Shown piece by piece: positions 32,801 to 40,882 of a stretch of 64,000 bases of DNA. Positions within the stretch are counted from its first letter, which is position 1. Each line of letters starts with the position of its first letter. The DNA lies in IMG/VR virus record IMGVR_UViG_3300032323_001214, positions 62,001-126,000 of that record; one strand, 5' to 3'. The position numbers and the translations under genes were made by a program. The notes under the pieces are model-generated. The model had not been told where the DNA came from, made no database searches, and saw only the letters and a list, made by a program, of their open reading frames with translations.

Positions 32801-35800
32801 AAGTTGTGTATCGTCTAGTGCACCTATAAGACAAAATCAAATTACGCTACGTTTTGACAGAACATCATACACATCACGTGTGACAGATTGGGAATCAGGA
32901 GCTTTCTATGGAAGTTTCTATGCAGGATTATATACCAATAGCGAAAGTATTTCAAGTTCTTCTATAAGTCTACAATCTACACAGCCACCAATAAGTAACA
33001 TACTAGCTAGTGCAGCCGGAGCCGCATTTGAAATTAATAGCGTAACGAATGATGAATCATCGACTTGGTCGTCACGTACTAGAGATGTTGTTGCTACTGT
33101 TGCAGATAATAAGATCACAATTGTAGAATCTGCAGGTGGTACTACACAAGGTTTATCAGGTGTTGGTCCAACAATAGGTTTCTATGTAGGTATGCCTGTT
33201 AAGTTTGAAGGCGCCGTTGGCACAACTGGTTTAGTAAATAGTACAACATACTATGTCGCAGAAGTTACAAATGACAGTCAAATTAAAATTTCAGCGACTG
33301 ACGGCGGACCCGTATTCTCTTTAAATGCAGAGGTAATTTCTGTTGCGGGTCTAACATTATATGTTGGTCAAGTACTTGACTCGACTATTATAAATATTAC
33401 CTATCCTGGCATACGACAAGTAACTGCAACTACCGCAATTACTAACAAATTAACAGTTCCGTTAACATTAAGCGGTCAAGGTGGAACATCAGAGTTCTAT
33501 ACTAACTTGCCTGTATTCTTTACAGGAAATGTGTTTGGTGGAATCATTGAAAATGAAACATACTATGTAACTACCGTAGCAGATAACCAAACGTTCACTC
33601 TTTCAACTAAACAAGATCCAGTAATGCTTAACATAACTGGCACATCTAGTACTGGTAATTTGGTCACATGTAATAGTACTTTGGGCTTGGCAGTAAACGA
33701 TCCTATCATCTTTACTGACTTGACAGTTTCAAGCGGAACGACTAATTTAGTTGAAGGTACTACATATTATGTACAATCAATATTCAGCGGAACTCAGTTC
33801 AAAGTTGCTACAAACGTTAATAGCGGAGAGATTAATCCCGGCACTGCTACATTGACGGGTGTTGTTACGGATCAAAAAGACACAGTAACACTAACGACCG
33901 CTACTGGAAATATGACAATTAATGTAGGCTTACCAATAAGCCCAGGACAAATTAATGGTCAGCAATTCACATTCTACCCAACATCAGCTCAAATTAATGA
34001 TCCTGCGTATACAAATGGTAACTTAATAGAAAGAGTTATACCTGCGACAGTTACAGAAACTACAACAGGCACCGGCGGTTGGGTATTCTTAACAGATACT
34101 AGCGGTGGGTTAACTAACATATATGTTAATATGCCAATAGAAGTAGATACTACTTACGGCGGGCTAACTGCCGGTACAGTATATTATGTTACCGAAGCAG
34201 ATTCTATCGAAACTACAGTTACAACTACTACTGCAGGTAATGCATTAATATGTACTAGCACTGCTGGATTCTACGTAGGCATGCCTATAGTATTCGATGG
34301 TATATCATTAGGAGGAACACAACTAGACTTCCAATACTATGTACAATCTATTGCTAGTAGTACCTCATTTAAAATTGCAGAAACACCAACCGGCCCAGAA
34401 GTAGATTTAACTTCAGACAGTGGTTCAATGAATGCGTTAGGTGAAAGCTATATTAAAGTTTCAACAACATTGTCTGGAACACCAATTGCACTAACTACTG
34501 TAACCGCAGGTGAAACAAACTTGACACAAGTTATTGATCCAACAGGACTTGATGCTGCTACATTTGACGTAAGTTCTATACTAGGTGGATATCGTGTAAT
34601 TGTTACAAATGATAGTTCAGGATACGCAATAGATAATACCATAGTTATAAATGGTAGTGAATTGGGTGGAACTGACGGTGTTAATGATTTAACAATGACT
34701 GTTAACACTATTGGTACAAATGGTGAATTATTATCACTAATATGTTCAGGTACTCCGGCTGGAACAAATACTGAATATTACTTGAAGGTTATTTCAGCAA
34801 ATGAATGCGAAGTATATAGTGATCCACTATTACAAATACCAGTAGCATATGACGATTTTTCATTTAATGGAATTCGTTCCACAACAGCTACAAGTGTTAC
34901 AGCATCAAATGATAGAATCACTGTAAACAGTAACTCATTGTTTAATGTAAATGACCCGGTTGTGTTTACTGGTTCAGTGTTTGGAGGATTAGTAGTAGGA
35001 CAAACTTACTATATACTAGCCAAACCAACATCTACTACAGTAACTGTATCAGCAACTGTAGGTGGATCGGTCGTAAATATTGCTGCTGACGCATCCGGTA
35101 CAATGTATATGGCTAAGTCAGGTGATTATGCATTATTACCAGAACCATTCTTCTTCAATCAAAGCTTGGTTAAGTACAACAATAGAGTGTATCAGTGCGT
35201 TGTTTCTAATAATGATACTGATTTTATATTTGGTAAGTGGGAAGTATTAGACAGCGGGTCACGTGAATTGAATGCACTTGATAGAATTGTCGGCTATTAT
35301 CAACCCACTGTAAACATGCCGGGTCTAGACTTAACTCAGCTAGTAAATGGTATAACATATCCTAATTCTACATACTATGGTAATGCATTTGCACCAGATG
35401 ATGAGTACGAATTAGACACGATATTACAAGACCAACCATTCTATCCAACTGAGATTGATACAGCATCTATCATATGGAATGGCTCTGGATATATTGGCGT
35501 TGCAAACAGCCCTGAGTATTCAGCAATAATTGCAAGCCCAGATAATACTGACTGGGTGATTGATAATATTTCTAATCAACCAGTTGGAGTGACAGACATT
35601 GCATATGCAAATGGAAAATATGTAATAACAACCACTAACGCTGCTACTCCTATATATACTAGCCCTAACGGAACAATATGGAGCACTAATGGTAGCTATA
35701 CACCTTACGGTTCGACACCATATGATGAAATACCATATGATGTAACAGCTTTAGTAGTAGAATCAAACTTATTAAATAGCGTTAGTTATTTAAATAACAA

Positions 35801-38800
35801 GTGGGTGGCAGTAGGAAACAACATAGTAACATCTGAGGATGGAACAGTATGGAGAGAAACTGACGCATTCACAAATGGATTAACAAATGTATTGAATGGT
35901 ATTATAGGTGCAAATACTACTAACTTCACTGGTTTTGTTGCAGTAGGTAAAGGACAAGAAGTTGTTTCTGGTATTACTACTAATGTTAACTTATTAAAAA
36001 CTAGTACAAATGGAACAATCTGGTCTACATTGAACACTTTATCTACTAAAGGATTTAATGCTGTAGCTGCTAGCCCAACACAACTAGTAACTGTTGGTGA
36101 AGATGGTGTGATATATGCATCACAAAACGGTGTTAATTGGTTAGGTGTAAACGAAGCAGTTATAATAAGTGTTAATGGTTCTTCTAATGAAATCATTGTT
36201 CCAAGTACTGCTGGATTCCAAGTGGGTGATACTGTACGATTTACTAATAGTTTTGGTGTGATTAATTCATCTACTAGCTACACAATTAGTGCGATACCTT
36301 CAACGACTCAAGTTCAATTAACGAGCGTCATATTATCTGGTACAGTTCCTACATCAACTACGTACATGTACAAATACCCTAGAACAGAAACATTGAATGA
36401 TGTTCACTATGCTAATGGTATATATGTTGCGGTTGGTGATGTAGGTGCTGGTAACGCAGTTATCAAAACATCAAGTGACGGTTATACCTGGACAAGTCGC
36501 AACAGTACAGTTGCACAGAAATTAAATGGAGTAAATTACAATTCTGATGATGGTGTATGGATTGTTGTAGGTGACAATAATGTAATTCTACAAAGTACTG
36601 ATAACGGTGTAACATGGGAAAGTTCAAGTGTATTCTTAACTGATCCAACTGTATATAATGTTCAAGGTGATCCTTTCTTATCAGGATATGGTCCAGAAGA
36701 AATGGTACCGGGTGTTGTATCTGACAATTTAACAATGATTGTTACTACACGCCCGGGTACAAACTGGGATGCAACTGAATATCAACATGTAGGCTACAAT
36801 GTTGTGTCTACTGAGATTGTACCTGATTCAGGAACACAGACAACATTTAGCTTTGACAATCTTGTACAGATACCTGCACAAATTGCAGTATGGCAGATTG
36901 ACGGTATAACCGAGTTAGGAACAAGACTATACGATGGTTATGATTATGTAACAAACAATAGTTCAAACTGGATTAACAAAATAGTAGAATTAAACAGTCC
37001 TCTGCCATTAGGAGATTCTTTACGCATCGATGTATATGAAGTAGGTAACGGAGACCAATTAGTAAAATCTAATTCACAGACTGATCCAATTCGTATAAAT
37101 GATGTTACTGGATTCAATGAAATTTATCTAAGTTGTAACTACTCAGGTACACGAACTAGTGGTTCTGGTGTAATTCGTCAGGGTACCGAACCAATACAAA
37201 CTACAGTGATTGCAACCGAGAGTACCGGTGACAGTATGGTATGTATTGATGCAAGTAAATTGACTATTAACCAACAAATCACATTCCAAGGTGATGTATT
37301 TGGTGGTGTAGCAATTGATACTCCTTATTATGTAAAAACTATAAGTAACATAACAAATAGAATTACAATCAGTGATTCAATTGTATCAGGAGTTGCCGGC
37401 CCAACGTTACAACTAACATCTGATACCGGATCAATGGACTTGATTATCCAAGTTGGATCTGGTGCAGTATGGAGTGATCCAATTACATATCACAATGGTA
37501 ATAAATTAATATTTGGTACAGTTACACAAATATCACAAACTAAGAGTTCTACAAACACCATAGTTTGTAACAGTACTGGTGGTATAGCAATCAATGATCG
37601 TATTACATTCAGTGATACAATGATAGGTGGATTAACTCCGCAGACAACATACTATGTTCGTTCAGTAGTAGATGGTAATGAATTTACCGTTTCGTTAACA
37701 CAAGGCGGTCCAGTAGTAGCATTGACTGACAACAATGGCGGTGCATTAGCAATCACAAATGATTATGCGTTTGGCCAAGTAATTAATTCAACTGCTGCTA
37801 AAATAATATTCTCGGCACAATACAATGATACAGTTGACTATTTGGTTTATACTGTATTTGGAGAAACACAACCGCAACAGTATGGTTACACTATACCAGA
37901 AACTGAAGTATTTTTGGTACCATCTACACCAGTAACAACGTTTACTCTAACTAATTACTATAGCGGGGACAATCCAGAAAATGCTGTGGTTGAGCACAAT
38001 GGGTTACGATTGGTTAATTTATCAGATTACACAATTGATACTATGACTGGTGTGTTGACATTGACTTTTTCTCCTAGTGCAGGTGATACAATTGCTGTTA
38101 CAACATATAATTTAACAGAAAGACAGTACCTACATACTAATTATGGTGGAAGCTTCTCCGGATCAATAACTACCAGTCTGACAGTTAGCAATTCTACACA
38201 TCAACCGGGTTATGACGAAACAAATTATGACATAGGAGACTATTCACCTGGACCAGATTATTTGACATTAGGTTCAGGTTCGACAGCATCACTAATAGTT
38301 AATGATGCTATTATATTCAATGCTCCTACTATTGGTGGTATTGTTGCTAATCAAACGTATTATGTTGTAAATATTTTAAGTTCAACTCAGTTTGCTGTAT
38401 CTAATACTTTGGGGGGCGCACCTTTAACATTGACAACAGCTTCTGGGTCAATGATAGGTATTATTAATCCACCAACTGTTTCTAATATCGTTGCAATTAA
38501 TAACGCAATAGCACCTCCTATTGCATCAACATTAGTAACTACAGCAACAGGTACAGTAATTACAGGAACAACGACTGCGGGATTTGTAGTAGGTCAAACT
38601 ATAATTTTTAAATCAGCCGGTAGCACTATTGGTAATATTGTAAATGGTGAATACTATTATGTTGAAAGTATTATTGACGGAACTGATTTTACAATTAGTG
38701 AAACGCCAGGTGGTAGTGCATTTGTAGTAGATGCCGGCACCGTAACAGGAACACTAGTTGTATATGTTGGTGGTTTAGAAGCAGTACGAGTCACTACAGG

Positions 38801-40097
38801 TGTACCTCATAACTTGGCAACCAATAATGTCGTAAGAATTGATGGAACTTCTGGCTCTACACAACTAAACAACAACATATATTATGTTAAAGTTGTAAGT
38901 GATACACAAGTAGACTTATATGAGTATGGTATCCCGGGCAATGCAGGTTATGATCCTGCATATGCGGCTATAAACTATCCAGTAGTTTCGGTGTCTACAT
39001 ATACAGGTGGAGGTTATATTTGGTTAGATCAAACATTTACACTGACAACTACTGTTGCTAGACAAACATATGTAACTACTAATCGAATTCGTGTAGACAG
39101 CACAAGTGAATTAGTTGAAGGAACACCAATTATATTTGCAGGTACTAATATTGGTAATTTGATTGCCAATACAACATACTATGTAAAAACTATTGTATCT
39201 AGTACTTTATTTACTATATCCGCTACACGAGGAGGAAGTGAATTTGTACAGATAAATGCTACTGGTACTATGGGGGCAACTCAATGGGAGCAAGTTAATG
39301 TAGATAGACTTTGGGTAACCGTTAATGGATATAGAGTACCTTCTAGTTCATTGGTAATAAACCCGGATAACAATTTGAGTATTCTTACTACCATTGTTCC
39401 CGGAGACATTATTGTGATTACAAGTATGATGCCAACAGCGACTCCAAACGAAAAAGTTTATATCAACAATGTAACCAAAAGTGGTATTTCGTCCGTGTAT
39501 AGAGCAAATACAGAAACACGTACATGGTTAACTAGTGATTTGTTTAATACTGATCAAACTATCTACGTAAATGATGTTACACGTTTAACTAATCAAATAG
39601 TCCAAAACGTTGCTAGCCCAGCTGCAATTGACGGGGTGACAAATATTGGATTAACTGCTGATAAACGTATTATTTGTCAGGTGATTATTTATAACAATAC
39701 AACAAGTACAACGTTGAGTTCTTCTGCTTATAGGGTAGTTGTAGATAATATTGCACCTGTATTGAAGATTACTTCCGGTGTGTCTACCGGAGATTCATTG
39801 ACTATAACAACAATTGAAGGCAATATTATATATGTTAACGGGGAACAGATTAGATTCAGTACTGTTGATTTTACACTAAATTCTTTATCTAATCTACAGC
39901 GTGGAGCTAATGGTACAGGTGAACAGACGTTTATTCCTGAATATTCAGAAGTATATGGTATATTATCAGAAAATAGACTAGTTCAAGCTGACTATTTTGA
40001 GACTTGGAATAGCTATATTTACAATACTACTGAGGGAGATCCGTTGCAGATAAGTCTTACTGCCGGAGCAGATTTCTTGCGAGCGGATGTTTCCTAA
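20835..40097 (+). CDS. Giant (6420 aa) baseplate/virion structural protein, gp7-like wedge scaffold with many inserted repeat domains
   Basis: Uninterrupted 19.3-kb ORF after gp6; YLNEVKPYHV motif; ~17 copies of a G-x-x-[VI]-x-F...GG...T-x-YY[VI] domain; FG-GAP-like and Asp-box repeats. Confidence 0.8.
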   Translation: MATSTRIRTLNFLPDIFKTTTNAQFLAATLDQIVDQPNTERIEGYIGSKFGYGINAKNKYVIEPTKTRTDYQLDPGVAFLKKDTGIAQDFISYPGIIDALKLEGGITNNNDRLFESQIYSWDSFTDLDKIINFNQYYWLPEGPDPVTISTDIVFNASDYIITDAPNGYNVTADGQAQGSTNPTLTLLRGGTYRFSVNQDSQFWIQGAPGVTGLDPTQTNVQTRDVFGVSNNGEEVGIVTFTVPAKDALDEYNFPGNNIVDVVSTTPYDQINGQLLSTVGNIDGISSLNGLTVMFYNTGVPNEQGYISNFFDETNFDVNSNLVPAQTITISSTNSTGNVITCSSTANLVVGQTITFSGSTFGGILVYDAVFPNTIYYVNSIISPTEFTIAQQLFDVGVTPFSVSTASGSGLIANINQGLNEEGYYTDVTATFYRITYAGSVSDPVLRLVEVGPIPTNQKITAQYGTAWIARNFYRNVAGTINLVPYNSAILDVLYYQDGTSGNKVGQLRIINSNTTNRIDVVEDILGKKQYTAPNGVQFTNGLKVVFQGDIYPVSYENVQYYVEGVGTAIQLIPVSDLIAPEPFTSSTYIPYDTLPYDIGNYDSNLYIPVTPDYITIARNSINKNPWSRSNRWFHIDVITATATYNNNPNFVTIAATQENKAKRPIIEFYPNLRLFNSGYLGKAPIDFIDFRTTDAFEYVAGQENYYPDVEVYTAYTATINSAVSSTTTTISLSTSDIVGTFQVGQYINDTTNLLPTNAQISNISVASGITTLTVTWLGNYTFGSTTVASLIANDGQNDNYALFDGARIVFAADTNENVKDKIYVVRFSSITPLSTPVITLTPADDGEVLPLEQTVAFRGFNYKGKDFYFDSIDWLESQQKTTVNQPPLFDIFDENGISLSNSEYYVGTSFKGNKLFSYGLGSGLDDSILGFPIRYSSIDNVGDISFDVSLNADTFNYVRGTTPITQRVNTGYVYNYTVLGEQYRQIGWETAVGSSVQYQLFEFNYFASSPTTTYTCDVSMLSPDASAWPTLQVYVNNVLQTGTYTVTVGPNSTVINLEVPDPLVDTVVQVSILSNQVSKIGYYSVPINLNNNPLNQDIVVANVGDIRGQYQSIFYNNPDITGVVFGANNYRDLGNLVPWGNRIIQNSASLVLPGTFLRKQNHNLFNALMFNSKEYINFKTLLVGTVNNTDYSRHYPPAYMLDDALDQITASKTEDESFFWSDMLPNKAAYITNTYSFANSLDVSIYPLSKVYNYDTANYNGILVYLTRTTSGVTTTTQLIKGIDYTVSSTSPALTVETDLLPGDQITINEYNQTYGSYCPNTPTKLGLYPSTIPQVILDSNYVTPTYFIVGHDGSYNKLYGDYIDGQLIDFRDQVLLEFEKRVYNNLKLSNVIPINESDVIPGFWRTTDYSLDEIKQIYSINFLNWVGQNRVNYKKQVYNANNQYTYNYNRSGNKINRDPIPQGYWRGIYEYFYDTSNPDTKPWEMLGFANQPTWWASRYGSAPYTSDNLVLWGDLAAGYIWNDGVPYVNEAYVRPELLQVLPVDTAGNLVSPFIAIVGNYYNQSFVRDWAVGDVGPTEFSYRRSSTWPFDLMKMYALTKPAEFFNLGVDIDNYKYNAEFNQYLVNDRSHLVISDVEIYGNGTPKTSYINWIVDYEKQLGVDATKNITELLDNLDVRLVYRLAGFSDKSLLKFYVEKGTPNSNNASLLIPDESFGVLLYDNQPFERIVYSGVIVQSTPEGYFKVYGNSQTNAYFTISNPKINGNYDRITLQNLSVQVPKDYYDTTTIVSYGTEFYSLQEVAVFLSSYGRYLSTQGVLFDQIETGLEVSWNQMVAEFLYWAQSGWEPGSLINLNPAASLISINKDSYIVQPLTLQQQNFILNQNLYPIQSVDMSIVRDGTLFTAQPLNQGDTVAYGQFNISNFEHGIVFDNVTLFDDIIYNLITGLRQQRIIVRGTKTAEWNGTIDAQGFILNQDNIIEWNNETKYTTGSIVKYKNKYWIAVKIIQASEVFDERDWKETDYNEIQKGLLPNSSTRSYESTLYYDVNKANLENDADLLSFSLIGYRPRDYLALVDLTDITQINVYKNFIKNKGTLNAVSAFKGANLPQGGIDYEVYENWAIKAGEFGGVLNSNFVEFKLNQSELTGNPSTVELTNGAYTQGIQQQVPLYNIFNYGRPINSPNVLPTLPIDTPNVLFPDAGYVSFEDVKTYAYYYFGLTGAETPITRLYQGDYVWIANLQGTWQIMSPLSLGTVIEARNLANGTITLRFATAHALTKYSAFAVTNFDNRVNGYYTVQNVIDPFTVLVSANLNPSVQTITGQGIGFKFQSHRAQEPSDIINLPLLNNEFVKNKVWVDLGNEGSWQVYRKSLNYTYSNEIVKANSQSFGSAVAYTDNIGYLIADADAGVMYRYIYNALTEQYELFQTYTGSASFGTTISYAGDTFVVSQPTGSTASDRTINIYQLVSTTLTDRLELIQEPIQAPSSSITNWGSATAISGDQNWLYVSDTVNNRVYVYRKSQVTGKYEYVNIISITGVGGLDQFGYSLSTDYYGYTLVIGTPDQNYSSTIDNSGYSYIFDRLYQNFEAQSSSQPFIPLLFNLAVNTNTTTYNASATTAGSNKINVDTLQGLTVGTPSVFTGPVFGDISLNTVYYIRDTFSPANQVTLSTNKYTETVDNTYATGNKIRVSSNSDFVVNAPIVFYGETGTSNIVSGTKYYIKSITTVTIDTINYDAITISTTIGGSTFTVSNSDLNVTAVTFGNEVTLSSDTGTMTLNAQTQPVSVSVNGTTISEDQYAVIGNVLNMYGNITAGDIITLDSSTFVLMQTLSTGTTPRVGTQFGQSVAVNKYASEVLVGAPFQISETAGEGAVYRFTNGGGKYGMITGTVDCNLTSSETILINGFVVTLPIGGATGAANAINKANITNVQAANVDDKLVISLVNTSLATINDKLNIAALSPTAYTGMGIAPYTLTQTITCPHVGGATQFGEKIKFNEFGSFIVSAPAGTRFAGTTFDSTDDENFDNDTIFDNNTTQWVDPFANAGAVYMFDYLSNYNENLLNVGNFVYAQSVNDINQEYGDQPYYGQAIDYNNYTVIVGSPQFKPAFVNGQVVVYTNTAGEQDWVVFKESNPIVDTSRIQNGLLYSASTNNTLENLDYIDPLQGKLLGVVRENIDYVSNTDPASYNSPNATNRGSSVWGSPQIGELWFDTSNTRFVNYHQPDVTYNSKWWGRVFPGSNVSVYSWISSNVEPSQYQGPGVPYDTDNYAIELVQDARGSLVPQYFYWVRNTNIVFSKLGKTLSDTILEYYIINPINSGISYFAPLLPNAFALYNSDPYINNIDTIFHVGFSTGTNDDVSHSVYNLIRANYADDFLPGLPATNSLDIPESLYDRMLDSLAGLDETGAVVPDPFLPKPVQYGIYARPRQSFFVNRFGALQNYLQYANEVLAQFPITETRSANFLFQDGSVNPSTVNNPNWTGGTELFYDTQQYWNYIDWWAAGYNNNTKSAFRVPLYADLSTLSVPSGTIVTVAQNGNGKFEVYRSNDDNTWTRIGLEDGTIEFTNTLWDYEEARLGFGDNFFDTTPYDSFPSQETRYILRALNEQIYTQELQIYRNKSLILLFEYIQSETIEGQNYLPWLNKTSFIDVGHTIRELLPIEVFQTDNQDFLQGYLNEVKPYHVVIKEFLFKYTGQDVYDGDITDFDLPAQYNSTIQKFVSPELVYANPSSAYEFLPTDPIWETQAYNQWFDNFGLSITGVNGYPITTLSSYISLNSSSFTVDNSFGFPINGVVLIDAELIAYSNVDRSTNTLSGLTRGVDGTAITQHIPGAQLTIDLPAVLLLDGGRGYTEPPRVTAYYDETLYGPPKRPAQLEAVMFLDSVLSVNVIDPGAGYPVLPEIRIDPSISILFNSTQVSTLTNTIVLDTPLLQTGDLVKYIVGENTTAVGGLDDGQYYYINVLETAPAFTIALYTNYGDAVNDQRRVVLFDQGIGSDNKLNLSARASCVSSSAPIRQNQITLRFDRTSYTSRVTDWESGAFYGSFYAGLYTNSESISSSSISLQSTQPPISNILASAAGAAFEINSVTNDESSTWSSRTRDVVATVADNKITIVESAGGTTQGLSGVGPTIGFYVGMPVKFEGAVGTTGLVNSTTYYVAEVTNDSQIKISATDGGPVFSLNAEVISVAGLTLYVGQVLDSTIINITYPGIRQVTATTAITNKLTVPLTLSGQGGTSEFYTNLPVFFTGNVFGGIIENETYYVTTVADNQTFTLSTKQDPVMLNITGTSSTGNLVTCNSTLGLAVNDPIIFTDLTVSSGTTNLVEGTTYYVQSIFSGTQFKVATNVNSGEINPGTATLTGVVTDQKDTVTLTTATGNMTINVGLPISPGQINGQQFTFYPTSAQINDPAYTNGNLIERVIPATVTETTTGTGGWVFLTDTSGGLTNIYVNMPIEVDTTYGGLTAGTVYYVTEADSIETTVTTTTAGNALICTSTAGFYVGMPIVFDGISLGGTQLDFQYYVQSIASSTSFKIAETPTGPEVDLTSDSGSMNALGESYIKVSTTLSGTPIALTTVTAGETNLTQVIDPTGLDAATFDVSSILGGYRVIVTNDSSGYAIDNTIVINGSELGGTDGVNDLTMTVNTIGTNGELLSLICSGTPAGTNTEYYLKVISANECEVYSDPLLQIPVAYDDFSFNGIRSTTATSVTASNDRITVNSNSLFNVNDPVVFTGSVFGGLVVGQTYYILAKPTSTTVTVSATVGGSVVNIAADASGTMYMAKSGDYALLPEPFFFNQSLVKYNNRVYQCVVSNNDTDFIFGKWEVLDSGSRELNALDRIVGYYQPTVNMPGLDLTQLVNGITYPNSTYYGNAFAPDDEYELDTILQDQPFYPTEIDTASIIWNGSGYIGVANSPEYSAIIASPDNTDWVIDNISNQPVGVTDIAYANGKYVITTTNAATPIYTSPNGTIWSTNGSYTPYGSTPYDEIPYDVTALVVESNLLNSVSYLNNKWVAVGNNIVTSEDGTVWRETDAFTNGLTNVLNGIIGANTTNFTGFVAVGKGQEVVSGITTNVNLLKTSTNGTIWSTLNTLSTKGFNAVAASPTQLVTVGEDGVIYASQNGVNWLGVNEAVIISVNGSSNEIIVPSTAGFQVGDTVRFTNSFGVINSSTSYTISAIPSTTQVQLTSVILSGTVPTSTTYMYKYPRTETLNDVHYANGIYVAVGDVGAGNAVIKTSSDGYTWTSRNSTVAQKLNGVNYNSDDGVWIVVGDNNVILQSTDNGVTWESSSVFLTDPTVYNVQGDPFLSGYGPEEMVPGVVSDNLTMIVTTRPGTNWDATEYQHVGYNVVSTEIVPDSGTQTTFSFDNLVQIPAQIAVWQIDGITELGTRLYDGYDYVTNNSSNWINKIVELNSPLPLGDSLRIDVYEVGNGDQLVKSNSQTDPIRINDVTGFNEIYLSCNYSGTRTSGSGVIRQGTEPIQTTVIATESTGDSMVCIDASKLTINQQITFQGDVFGGVAIDTPYYVKTISNITNRITISDSIVSGVAGPTLQLTSDTGSMDLIIQVGSGAVWSDPITYHNGNKLIFGTVTQISQTKSSTNTIVCNSTGGIAINDRITFSDTMIGGLTPQTTYYVRSVVDGNEFTVSLTQGGPVVALTDNNGGALAITNDYAFGQVINSTAAKIIFSAQYNDTVDYLVYTVFGETQPQQYGYTIPETEVFLVPSTPVTTFTLTNYYSGDNPENAVVEHNGLRLVNLSDYTIDTMTGVLTLTFSPSAGDTIAVTTYNLTERQYLHTNYGGSFSGSITTSLTVSNSTHQPGYDETNYDIGDYSPGPDYLTLGSGSTASLIVNDAIIFNAPTIGGIVANQTYYVVNILSSTQFAVSNTLGGAPLTLTTASGSMIGIINPPTVSNIVAINNAIAPPIASTLVTTATGTVITGTTTAGFVVGQTIIFKSAGSTIGNIVNGEYYYVESIIDGTDFTISETPGGSAFVVDAGTVTGTLVVYVGGLEAVRVTTGVPHNLATNNVVRIDGTSGSTQLNNNIYYVKVVSDTQVDLYEYGIPGNAGYDPAYAAINYPVVSVSTYTGGGYIWLDQTFTLTTTVARQTYVTTNRIRVDSTSELVEGTPIIFAGTNIGNLIANTTYYVKTIVSSTLFTISATRGGSEFVQINATGTMGATQWEQVNVDRLWVTVNGYRVPSSSLVINPDNNLSILTTIVPGDIIVITSMMPTATPNEKVYINNVTKSGISSVYRANTETRTWLTSDLFNTDQTIYVNDVTRLTNQIVQNVASPAAIDGVTNIGLTADKRIICQVIIYNNTTSTTLSSSAYRVVVDNIAPVLKITSGVSTGDSLTITTIEGNIIYVNGEQIRFSTVDFTLNSLSNLQRGANGTGEQTFIPEYSEVYGILSENRLVQADYFETWNSYIYNTTEGDPLQISLTAGADFLRADVS

Positions 40098-40099
40098 AA

Positions 40100-40107
40100 G
40101 ATAAATA
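40100..40107 (+). promoter_or_regulatory. T4-type late promoter
   Basis: GATAAATA (with an overlapping second TAAATA) just after the giant gene stop. Confidence 0.6.
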
Positions 40108-40112
40108 AATAT

Positions 40113-40262
40113 ATGAACACGACTACGGACCAACATAAAAAAGAGCCTTTAGAGGCTCCTATAAAACCCAATGAAACCGGAGGGTTTTATTTTAGTTCCC
40201 ACGTAAGAATAACAGACCCAAATACAAAAGAAGTATTAGTCCAAACTAGAGGCGACAACTAA
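40113..40262 (+). CDS. Small hypothetical protein, 49 aa (not in ORF track)
   Basis: MNTTTDQHKKEPLEAPIKPNETGGFYFSSHVRITDPNTKEVLVQTRGDN; TAATG overlap with the next gene. Confidence 0.65.
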   Translation: MNTTTDQHKKEPLEAPIKPNETGGFYFSSHVRITDPNTKEVLVQTRGDN

Positions 40263-40882
40263 TGTCAGTAATTACATTATCATATAAAGTAGAGGGTTTT
40301 CTAAAAATCTATGACCCAAACAATGGGGAAGTTTTTGTAGACAAACACAATGCTATTAACTACGAAAATATGTCAGAAGCTATTGCTGACACATTAAGTA
40401 GTCGAGGTTACGGTGAAATTTATCAAATGGCGTTCGGTAACGGAGGCGCAAGTGTAGATGAGACCGGAATTATCACATATTTACCACCCAATACAACTGG
40501 TCAAAATGCGGCTCTGTATAACCAAACTTACGCTAAAATCGTTGATGATACTAGCGTTTTCAACTTAGATCCTACACGCAATAAAATGACTGTTTCACAC
40601 ACTACTGGTCGTGTATATACGGACATTTTAGTACAGTGTTTGCTAGATTATGGTGAACCTGCAGGACAAAATGCATTTGATAATAGCACCCAAACAGACT
40701 CAAACTATATTTTTGATGAATTGGGGCTATTGGCAAACTATGGAACAGACAGTGACGGAAACGTGATTACTAGGTTACTTACCCATGTAATTTTCCACCC
40801 TGTCCAAAAGAGTTTAAACAGACAAATACAAATAGATTACACAGTTAGAATTCAAAGCCTGACTAACTTAGTAACTATTTAA
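40262..40882 (+). CDS. Putative baseplate/virion structural protein
   Basis: MAFGNGG, FDELGL, LLTHVIFHPVQKS, IDYTVRI; located in the baseplate module. Confidence 0.6.
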   Translation: MSVITLSYKVEGFLKIYDPNNGEVFVDKHNAINYENMSEAIADTLSSRGYGEIYQMAFGNGGASVDETGIITYLPPNTTGQNAALYNQTYAKIVDDTSVFNLDPTRNKMTVSHTTGRVYTDILVQCLLDYGEPAGQNAFDNSTQTDSNYIFDELGLLANYGTDSDGNVITRLLTHVIFHPVQKSLNRQIQIDYTVRIQSLTNLVTI

